A stretch of DNA of 64,000 nt from Candidatus Sericytochromatia bacterium (lineage in GTDB: Bacteria > Cyanobacteriota > Sericytochromatia > S15B-MN24 > VGJW01), in contig JAYKHS010000010.1 in the NCBI GenBank assembly GCA_035285865.1, forward strand, positions 1 through 64,000, given 5' to 3'. Under the pieces are notes generated by a model. It was not told where the DNA came from. It searched no databases and saw only the letters and a program-made list of their open reading frames with translations. Position numbers and translations under genes: made by a program. How positions within the stretch are numbered: position 1 is the stretch's first letter; each line of letters starts with the position of its first letter. Shown here in pieces: positions 1 to 6,966 of the stretch.

Positions 1-91
1 GATGGCTGCCATCGAGTACGGTTTCAGTGTGGGACTGGACATGGGGCCGATCCTGGAATCCGATTCTGGGGGGACGCCGGGGGGACGGTAG
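1..91 (+). CDS. C-terminal end of a gene entering the window, possibly the integrase of an upstream element (partial)
   Basis: Frame ...MAAIEYGFSVGLDMGPILESDSGGTPGGR* ends just before a tRNA 3' fragment and overlaps GGGGGGACG direct repeats; identity inferred from position only. Confidence 0.25.
   Translation, partial: MAAIEYGFSVGLDMGPILESDSGGTPGGR
68..87 (+). repeat. Direct repeat pair GGGGGGACG (68-76, 79-87), candidate integrase arm-type sites
   Basis: Two identical 9-mers 11 bp apart, ~120 bp from the att core. Confidence 0.5.
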
Positions 92-206
92 CAGTGAATT
101 TCAGTGACTCTGAGGGACCACCCGTGAAATCCACGATAGGCTGAAATGCCCGTCAAATCAAGCAGCGTGGGTGAATCGAGATGACTCGAAAATGCACCAC
201 CGTGAA

Positions 207-249
207 ACTTTTAATCAGAGGGTCCTGGGTTCGAGCCCCAGCTGTCTCA
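207..249 (+). mobile_element. att site: duplicated 3' half of tRNA-Lys(UUU)
   Basis: ACTTTTAATCAGAGGGTCCTGGGTTCGAGCCCCAGCTGTCTCA gives anticodon loop CTTTTAA, T-arm CTGGG-TTCGAGC-CCCAG and the acceptor 3' strand; no D-arm or 5' acceptor strand upstream. Confidence 0.85.
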
Positions 250-258
250 TGTAGGTGG

Positions 259-295
259 GAAGCGGGTTTGGGCGATTTCGCTGGGACCCGCTTTC
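259..295 (+). terminator. Imperfect hairpin after the tRNA fragment
   Basis: AAGCGGGT...ACCCGCTT followed by a T-rich stretch. Confidence 0.4.
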
Positions 296-300
296 TGCTT

Positions 301-320
301 CGGGGCAACACCGGGGCAAC
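301..320 (+). repeat. Direct repeat pair CGGGGCAAC (301-309, 312-320), candidate arm-type sites of a second element
   Basis: Two identical 9-mers 11 bp apart on the other side of the att core. Confidence 0.5.
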
Positions 321-449
321 TTTTGCGGGGAATTCCAGGGATAGCCGGGGCGATGGTTGCCCGAAACCGGTCCCCCGAAACGGCATGCCGAAGAACCATG
401 GCGGCTTGGCAAAGCATCGAGTCGGTCAAGGCAACGCCGCACCCTCGGC

Positions 450-620
450 AGTCTGAGAAGTTGCCTCCCTGAGGCCGAGTGGCGACTTCTGACGTAGGGG
501 CAAGGGCCTACTTGGGAGAGAGCGGTCATCCGCAGGACGGTTCTTGCATTCACCCGGCCTAAGGGTGTGGTCGACCCCGGCCACTATCCGAACGCGCATT
601 TCAAGGCCTTGTTGCGAACC
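450..620 (+). pseudogene. Possible decayed tyrosine-recombinase fragment
   Basis: Peptides EVASLRPSGDF and LAFTRPKGVVDPGHYPNAHFKALLR loosely resemble integrase segments; no intact frame. Confidence 0.25.
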
Positions 621-628
621 TGTTTCTG

Positions 629-661
629 CGCCCCGGTCCGGCTTCGCTACGGACCGGGGCG
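629..661. other. Perfect 12-bp GC-rich hairpin downstream of the FGE gene (terminator or DGR-type cis hairpin)
   Basis: CGCCCCGGTCCG (629-640) / CGGACCGGGGCG (650-661); loop contains GCGAAGC on the minus strand. Confidence 0.7.
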
Positions 662-703
662 GTCTGGCCAAGGGACAAAGGGTTCAAGCGCCAAGGGACA
701 GCC

Positions 704-721
704 CTCGGCCTACGGCCTCGA
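704..721. repeat. 18-bp direct repeat copy 1 (CTCGGCCTACGGCCTCGA) spanning the FGE gene stop
   Basis: Identical to 1660-1677. Confidence 0.9.
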
Positions 722-1606
722 CCTGGCAAGGCGGAAGCCGACGCGGCCGATGCGGATGCCCGGGGAGTCGTAGTAGCGGGACGCCGCCCGCGTGCTCGAC
801 GCGTCGACGCGCCACGACCCACCCCGGATAACCCGGTACCAGGTATACTCGGGATCCGCAGGATCCGTCACCGCACCGCCCGGGTAGTCGGCAGCCCTGT
901 CCGTCCACTGCCAGACGTTGCCTGCCATGTCATACAAGCCGAAGGCATTGGGCTGCTTTTGCGCCACCGGTTGCGTCTTGCTGCCGCTGTTGCCATCGAA
1001 CCAGGCAATGTCCCCCACCTTGCTCTCGTCGTCGCCGTTGTACCAGCGCGTCGTCGTGCCCGCCCGATAGGCATACTCCCACTCGGCTTCTGTCGGCAGA
1101 CGATAACCCGTCGTCGCGTAGATGTCGGTTCCAGTCTTGAGCGTGCCGTCGGAGTTGTAGACCTCGGGCAGGCCTTCTTTCCGGGACAAGGCATTGGCGA
1201 AACCAATCGCATCGTACCAATTGACCCTTTCGACCGGACAATCGGCGCAGCCTTGGAAGTCGGAAGGGTTGAAGCACATCAACGCCTGCCACTGCCCCTG
1301 CGTCACATGCGTCTTCTGCATGAAGAAACCGCGCGTCAACGTCACCGATTGCGTCGCCCGGGGCCGGTCACTGGCATCACCCATCACGAAGGTGCCGGGG
1401 TCGATAGCCACGAAGTCCGTAGCGGTAATTGGGGCCGAACCCAAGGGCCCGGGCTTGCCGGTAGTCGAGGTCGGGGTCGGACACGGCACTACCGCAGGAT
1501 TCGCAGATATATCCCTTGGCCATGGCCAGGTTGGCCATGACCAAGCGCAAGCTGCGAGGACGGACGGCAACAACAGGGCCGGCAGGAGACGAATCGGGGG
1601 CTTCAC
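710..1606 (-). CDS. FGE-sulfatase (SUMF1/CLec-fold) domain lipoprotein; probable DGR target
   Basis: Lipobox LAAC; motifs PGTFVMG, PVERVNWYDA, RLPTEAEWEYA, NAFGLYDMAGNVWQW, RGGSW, GFRLAR; RBS AAGGAG before GTG. Confidence 0.92.
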   Translation of the reverse strand: MKPPIRLLPALLLPSVLAACAWSWPTWPWPRDISANPAVVPCPTPTSTTGKPGPLGSAPITATDFVAIDPGTFVMGDASDRPRATQSVTLTRGFFMQKTHVTQGQWQALMCFNPSDFQGCADCPVERVNWYDAIGFANALSRKEGLPEVYNSDGTLKTGTDIYATTGYRLPTEAEWEYAYRAGTTTRWYNGDDESKVGDIAWFDGNSGSKTQPVAQKQPNAFGLYDMAGNVWQWTDRAADYPGGAVTDPADPEYTWYRVIRGGSWRVDASSTRAASRYYDSPGIRIGRVGFRLARSRP

Positions 1607-1659
1607 TTCGGATGCTCCTTTTCAAAGACGGGTGTTCAAGGGGCCGAGAGGACGTACGT

Positions 1660-1677
1660 CTCGGCCTACGGCCTCGA
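1660..1677. repeat. 18-bp direct repeat copy 2, overlapping hairpin 1642-1666
   Basis: CTCGGCCTACGGCCTCGA; stem GGCCGAGA/TCTCGGCC. Confidence 0.9.
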
Positions 1678-1815
1678 AAAGGTGCCGTGGGGCAACCGTT
1701 GTAGGGTGCTGCCTGAGGCATCAATGCCGGCCGGAGAAGCACTTGGCCGTTTCGCGACGGCAGGCTGGACAGACACCACCGAAACCAGAAACAAGGCCAA
1801 GGGTATTGCCTTCAT
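1666..1815 (-). pseudogene. Internally deleted paralog of the FGE gene (49 aa; absent from the ORF track)
   Basis: MKAIPLALFLVSVVSVQPAVAKRPSASPAGIDASGSTLQRLPHGTFSRP*: signal peptide, FGE-start-like LPHGTF, then the same SRP* end; RBS GGGGGAGG. Confidence 0.7.
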
Positions 1816-1828
1816 CTCGTCCTCCCCC

Positions 1829-2087
1829 TGACCTGCCCCCGTTTATCGTCCAACTCAAAACCGGGCTTCATGGTTATGCCACCTGTCGGTGACGTGTTGA
1901 AACTCCTTGGGCGTGAGGTTCTCGAGGGTGCTGTGTGGGCGTTGTCCGTTGGAGTTGTTTCGCTAAATCTCGATAGGTCCCGAGCGTGACACCTTGCTCA
2001 CAGGCCCAGGCGTCGAGGACCTTGCCCGCGAACTCGGGGCCGTTGTCGGCGGCGATGGCCTCGGGCTTGCCGCGCAGTTCGACGAGG
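1829..2087 (-). mobile_element. IS3-family (IS407-group-like) remnant: terminal IR plus broken OrfB
   Basis: TGACCTGCCCCC end at 1829; minus-strand peptides RGKPEAIAADNGPEFAGKVLDAWA and QRPHSTLENLTPKEF with internal deletion and stop. Confidence 0.85.
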
Positions 2088-2299
2088 TAACCCTGACCCA
2101 GAGAACCGCCCCGGCCAGAAGTTGAATTTTCGGGGGATATCTGGTCAAGCGATGATAAGGAGGATCCCCGGTGAAAGGGAGCAAATTCACGAAGGAGCAG
2201 GTGGCCTTTGCCTTCAAGCAGGGCGAACTGGGTACCGCCGTCTCCGAAATATGCCTCAAGATGGGCATCACGGAAGCGACCTACTACCTCTGGAAATAG
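2088..2299 (+). mobile_element. IS3-family left-end remnant with truncated OrfA (2171-2299)
   Basis: AAGGAGG RBS then VKGSKFTKEQVAFAFKQGELGTAVSEICLKMGITEATYYLWK*, an OrfA HTH. Confidence 0.85.
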
Positions 2300-2441
2300 T
2301 GTCCGGGGCCGTCTTGCCCATCCCGGCTTTCTTGCATGGCCTTCATCTCCTCGTCCGGCGATCCCACCGCCCTTTGCCGCGAGCCAATCGGCCGGAAGGC
2401 CCCTCGTTGGTCCCCCGGCCGATTGCCGCCAATCCCTTGGT

Positions 2442-2681
2442 TCAGTTGAGCTTCAACTGGCTGATGCCCCGGCTCACCTGATCGAGCTTCATCTGGGCAC
2501 GGGTCGACTCCTTGCGGTTGAGCCCCGCACCGTCCCAACGATCTGCCACGATATGCTGATGGGTGCTCCGCAGGGCTGAACCCGCCTTCTGTGCCTCGGA
2601 CTGCGTCAGCTGGCCATTCCGAACGCCCACCTCAATCCGCTCACGCTGCACCTTCTGCCGGGCCACGAGATTGACTGCCAT
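2442..2681 (-). CDS. Small helical hypothetical protein
   Basis: RQxxQxxRIExGVRNGQLTxxE pattern seen in small uncharacterised proteins; RBS GGAG. Confidence 0.6.
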   Translation of the reverse strand: MAVNLVARQKVQRERIEVGVRNGQLTQSEAQKAGSALRSTHQHIVADRWDGAGLNRKESTRAQMKLDQVSRGISQLKLN

Positions 2682-3006
2682 TTCGTTTCCTACTCCGGGT
2701 GGGTGACGGTGCCCCTCGCACCGTCATCCACACCACAAGAAGGTCATCCGGAGGGCTGCTCACCGCACGCTCACCTACCCTTCTGTCGTTTGCCAACTTG
2801 GCCGCAGGGGTGGCTGACGATGACCCACGAACATTCGAAAGGCCTGCTCAGGTCATGATGCCCACGGAAAGCGCGGACGCGACCCCCTGCAGGCGCGGTG
2901 CCTTGGCTACCCCCTGCCGGGACGCTCCTCAGGAGGTTCTGCTCTACAATGAGACGTGCCCCTCCGGGCGTGCCCGCTGCCAGCAGCATTCTGCAGGATT
3001 GCACCC

Positions 3007-4848
3007 ATGGACCAAACCAGTACTCCTGCACACGGTCCCGAACCTTCCCGGGAGGAACTCGAACGGCGTCTGGCCCAGCTCCGCGCCGTGGAAGGCGCCA
3101 CCGACGGCCGGCACGCCCTCGATCTGGCGCGGACCCTCGCGATGTTGGCTTGGGAATACTCCGTGGCGGACCTCCGGACTGCGGAAGCCATGGCTACGGA
3201 GGCGCTCGCTCTTGCGACCCCGCTGGGTGAAACGGCCATCGAGGCGATCCCGCACCTCGTCCTGGCCTTCGTCCAGAGGGCCAAGGGCTCGTTTGACAAT
3301 GCCGTCGAGCACGCCGAGGCTGCACGCGTCCGATTCGCGGCCATCGAGAACCATCGCGGTGTGGCGGGTGCGCTCGGCGTTCTGTCCAGTGTCCATGACA
3401 CCTTGGGTGACATTTCCCGCGCGTTGGAGTTGGCTCATCAAAGTGTCAAGGAGGCTCGGCTCTCCGAGGACCGTCTCGCCCAGGCGTGGGCGTTGCACGC
3501 GCTCGCCACGGCCCAGGCCAGCATGGAAGACTTCGACTCGGCTCTGGCCAATCTGGATATCGCCCAAGCACACTTCGAGGCCATGGGTAGCGTCAATGGT
3601 CTGGCCCGTTGCTACGCTTCGCGTGCCTATGCCCAGACGGATCTCGGGCGTCCGGATGAGGCGCGCCGCAGCTTTCTTGCCGCTCGTCCGCTCTTCGAGG
3701 AGAACGGCAGCATGCGCGGGCTTGCGGCAACGGACCGTAATCTTGCCGAGCTCGCGCTCGCCGATGTGCCGGCCAGCACAGGGGAAGCCCTGGAGCGGGC
3801 GTTGTCCAGCATCCGGATTGCCGGCGACCATGATATTGCGGACATTCGACTGGATGCCTTGATCCTGGCGGCTCGGGCCTACCTGGCCAGTGGCGATCTC
3901 GACCAGGCAATCGCCGCTGCCGAAGAGGCGCTTGCCTTGGCCCGAAGCGGCCGCCCCGGTCCTGCCGAGATGCGTGCTCTGGAGGTTCTGGCTGCTGTCG
4001 CGGCCGAGTCCGGCAACTACGCGCGTGCCCATGCCCTGCTGCTGGAGCGCCTTGCTTGCGATCGGGCCTGGCAGGTGTCGCAGAAGCCCATCCGCATGCG
4101 TGACCTTGAATTGGGTCAGAAGGCTGCGGAAGCCGAGGCCACGGATCGCCTGCTGCATACCGTTCTGCCAGCCCCCGTGGTTCAGGAGCTCAAGTTGCAC
4201 GGGGCCGTTCGACCTCGCCGCGTCGAGGGAGCGACGGTCCTGTTCACGGATCTCGTCGGTTTCACGGACATCGCAAGCCGCATGGCCCCCGAAGCCCTCG
4301 TCGAGGAGCTGGAGAAGCTGTTCGGGGCCCTTGACGAGGTCGTCCGGCAGCACGGCCTCGAGCGCCTGAAGACGATCGGCGATGCCTACATGGCTGTGGC
4401 GGGCGTACCGATACCGGACCCGCTGCATGTCCCCAAGGCTGTCCTGGCAGCGCTGGGTTTCCGCGATGCCGTCGCGCGCATTGCCGGCGAGGCCGCAGGG
4501 ACGGGCAAGGGACCGGCATGGCAACTGAGGATCGGCCTGCACGCCGGTCCGCTGGTGGCTGGAATGATTGGCCGGGACAGGACGGCCTTCGACGTTTGGG
4601 GCGATACGGTCAACGTGGCTTCCCGCATGGAATCGAACGGCCAGCCCGGTCGGGTCAATGTCTCCGAGGAAGTCTATCGGGCGATTGCCCCGTGGTTCGT
4701 CTGCGAGGCCAGGGGCAGCCTGCCCGTGAAGAATCGCGGCACCCTCGAGATGTGGTTCGTGGAGCGGCTGCGGCCGGAGTGGTCTGCGGATGCGGACGGC
4801 CTTGTTCCCAATCCCGAGTTCTGGGGGGCGCTGCGGGCAGGTGGCTAG
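3007..4848 (+). CDS. TPR-containing class III adenylate cyclase
   Basis: Ala-rich TPR repeats; VLFTDLVGFT, KTIGDAYM, LRIGLHAGP, FDVWGDTVNVASRME with ATP-specifying K and D. Confidence 0.92.
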   Translation: MDQTSTPAHGPEPSREELERRLAQLRAVEGATDGRHALDLARTLAMLAWEYSVADLRTAEAMATEALALATPLGETAIEAIPHLVLAFVQRAKGSFDNAVEHAEAARVRFAAIENHRGVAGALGVLSSVHDTLGDISRALELAHQSVKEARLSEDRLAQAWALHALATAQASMEDFDSALANLDIAQAHFEAMGSVNGLARCYASRAYAQTDLGRPDEARRSFLAARPLFEENGSMRGLAATDRNLAELALADVPASTGEALERALSSIRIAGDHDIADIRLDALILAARAYLASGDLDQAIAAAEEALALARSGRPGPAEMRALEVLAAVAAESGNYARAHALLLERLACDRAWQVSQKPIRMRDLELGQKAAEAEATDRLLHTVLPAPVVQELKLHGAVRPRRVEGATVLFTDLVGFTDIASRMAPEALVEELEKLFGALDEVVRQHGLERLKTIGDAYMAVAGVPIPDPLHVPKAVLAALGFRDAVARIAGEAAGTGKGPAWQLRIGLHAGPLVAGMIGRDRTAFDVWGDTVNVASRMESNGQPGRVNVSEEVYRAIAPWFVCEARGSLPVKNRGTLEMWFVERLRPEWSADADGLVPNPEFWGALRAGG

Positions 4849-4901
4849 GGGCTACGAGCTCGTGAAGCCATCGAGGGCTCAGGCAGCGGGGATATGTCCG
4901 G

Positions 4902-5699
4902 CTACTCCATGACCTTGCGGAACACGCCCACACCGAGGTCGTAGTCGAGTCCGTCCGGATCGCGCAAGCCTTCGGATTCACCCCACGAACGATCGGCCTC
5001 CGGGTGCGGCGAGATGACGCCGACCTTTCCCGTTCCGTAACGGAACATGGCGGCCGCGACCGTGCCGTCGTGTTCGAATCGACTCAGGATCTCGATGGGG
5101 GCCCCTGCCTCGGGATAGAAAGCCGGACCGTCCTGGAAGTAGGTCCATCTTGCCGTCTTCTGGCCGGCCCAGCGGGTCTTGAGATACATCGTCTTCTTGC
5201 CGAGGACATAGTTGTCGACTTTGCCGGGGAAGATGTCGAGACCTTTGATGCCTTCCTTCTGGTCGATCCACGTTTCCGTCAGGTAAGCGCCGGAACAGAT
5301 GCCGACATAGCGTCCCCCGTTACGGATGTGGTCCTTGAGCCACTGGAAGGCCCCGGCCTTCATGAGCTCCTGCTTGACGGTCCACTCGCCGTAGATGTCG
5401 GGCTCGCTGCCACCGATGACCAGCAGGTCGCGCGGACCCACGTGGCGCTTCAGGTCCTCGGCACCCAGGATCTGGCTGGAGATTCCGTGAGCGAAGAGCA
5501 TCTTCGAAACGCCCTCGGCACATCCGTCGCAGACGCCCTTCGACTTGAGGACGAATATCTTGGGAGTCACCTTGGCGGCTTGCGCCGACATCCGATTGGG
5601 GGTAACGACCGGACCGGAGGCGAGCGCGGCTGCACCGCAACCTGAAACTACCAGGAGGACCAATGGCACCAGTCTGGACAGAGCGGTTCGAATGGACAC
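4902..5699 (-). CDS. BPL-N (class I glutamine amidotransferase-like) domain lipoprotein
   Basis: Lipobox VSGC; GGRYVGICSGAY, YFQDGP, GKVGVISPHPEA. Confidence 0.8.
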   Translation of the reverse strand: MSIRTALSRLVPLVLLVVSGCGAAALASGPVVTPNRMSAQAAKVTPKIFVLKSKGVCDGCAEGVSKMLFAHGISSQILGAEDLKRHVGPRDLLVIGGSEPDIYGEWTVKQELMKAGAFQWLKDHIRNGGRYVGICSGAYLTETWIDQKEGIKGLDIFPGKVDNYVLGKKTMYLKTRWAGQKTARWTYFQDGPAFYPEAGAPIEILSRFEHDGTVAAAMFRYGTGKVGVISPHPEADRSWGESEGLRDPDGLDYDLGVGVFRKVME

Positions 5700-5716
5700 G
5701 GTTTTCTCGGGAGGTG

Positions 5717-5744
5717 CTTAACGGATTCTTGCTATCCTATTAAC
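5717..5744. promoter_or_regulatory. 11-bp-periodic TTAAC repeats (OmpR/PhoB-type box candidate)
   Basis: CTTAAC 5717, CTTGCT 5728, ATTAAC 5739. Confidence 0.4.
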
Positions 5745-6099
5745 AGTAGCAGGGCTGTGGTCAATGGGAAAGGCCTCCATCAGGAGTCCAGCACATGCGG
5801 TCTGGGTGGCCTGTGGCTAGCGCGAATCGGTTCATCAGAGGGAGCAGGTGGCCTCATGCCTCTGGTGGCGAGAGCCTTACCTTGAGGCTGACCGTGTTGA
5901 GCCAACCCGTTTCACTGGTGAATGCTGCGCCAACTGCATTTCCAAGTCCCCCCGGTCCTGGGGCGATGACCGGATTTCTTAATCAGGATTTCACGGGACT
6001 CGTCGTTATCCTGAAAGTCAAGCAGCGCAAGCCTTTGGGGTATCTCCAAAAGAGTTTCCCGTACTCTCGGCCAGGCGCACCACGCAAGCCCTGACCTCT

Positions 6100-6120
6100 G
6101 TGGGGGGATAGCCTGTCAGG
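6100..6120 (+). promoter_or_regulatory. Upstream motif GTGGGGGGATAGCCTGTCAGG, shared with 17798-17818
   Basis: Near-identical 21-mer just upstream of two unrelated genes. Confidence 0.45.
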
Positions 6121-6128
6121 GGGAAGCC

Positions 6129-6929
6129 ATGATTGGACGCTGGGCCAAGTTGCTCAAAGCCGTGCGGGTGGCGCGTCCGACGCGTGCCGGCGGACGGCTG
6201 CTCGACGCCGCGGACCTTAGCCGACTTGAGAGCCGCTTGACGCCCTTGTCGGGCCTGCGCTCCGGTAGGGTGGCGGCGAGACGCGATGCCTTCCACCGGG
6301 CGCTCTATCGATCCGACGACCTCAAGACGCGCTCCGGGACCATGCTCCAGGAGTGGGTCATGGGCGGGAAATCCCAGATGACGATCCGCAACGCCTACGA
6401 GCGCCTGCTCGACGCACGGGGGCAGGTCAAGCCGGGAACCGCCGAGGCCTCCATCGGTGAGCTCCTCGCGACGCGAAAGACGCGCTGGGAACGGCTGGCC
6501 CGTCGCACAGGCATCGAGACACCGGACACCTTCCGCCTGCACAGAGGGGTGCGGGGCGTCGGGCCTGTCGAAGACGTGGTGCGGGCGCTCGAGACGCCGG
6601 GGAAGGATTCCCTCAGGCTGAACCACCACACGGTGGCCTCCTGGTCCACGGATCCCGACGTGGCCCGCAAGTTTGCCGCCGGAACAGAACCCTCCGTGGT
6701 CTATCGTGCCGACATTCCGATGGAGAAGACGCTGGCCGACAAGTGGGTGGACGGCGGTGCCTTGCTGACGTTCGGTGCCGATGATGACGAGGTGCTCGTC
6801 GCGGCGCGGAACATCGAGATTCCCCTCGGGCGCTTCGAGGTGAACTTCGGCGGCAGGACCTACACGGCTGCTGACCGCCAAGCCCTCGTCAGGGATTGGC
6901 GCGCGGTCCATCCCCGGTTGCCCGAGTAA
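6129..6929 (+). CDS. Putative ADP-ribosyltransferase (R-S-E clade)
   Basis: FRLHRGV, VASWSTDPDVARKFA, DDDEVLV in canonical order; RBS AGGGGGA. Confidence 0.65.
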   Translation: MIGRWAKLLKAVRVARPTRAGGRLLDAADLSRLESRLTPLSGLRSGRVAARRDAFHRALYRSDDLKTRSGTMLQEWVMGGKSQMTIRNAYERLLDARGQVKPGTAEASIGELLATRKTRWERLARRTGIETPDTFRLHRGVRGVGPVEDVVRALETPGKDSLRLNHHTVASWSTDPDVARKFAAGTEPSVVYRADIPMEKTLADKWVDGGALLTFGADDDEVLVAARNIEIPLGRFEVNFGGRTYTAADRQALVRDWRAVHPRLPE

Positions 6930-6966
6930 CCGCTCTGTCAGGAGCGGGACGGCAGGCCGCGTCTCA

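Noticed and set aside
175..249. Complete tRNA-Lys gene
   Set aside because: 5' acceptor strand and D-arm are absent and the anticodon stem does not pair; treated as an att fragment
2944..4542. Long antisense ORFs (also 9792-11444, 21025-22212, 28239-30230, 42523-44247, 50773-52284, 56578-58242)
   Set aside because: Shadow frames of well-supported genes in high-GC DNA, with no motifs
5795..6094. 99-aa ORF upstream of the ART
   Set aside because: No recognisable motif; region is lower in GC and looks regulatory
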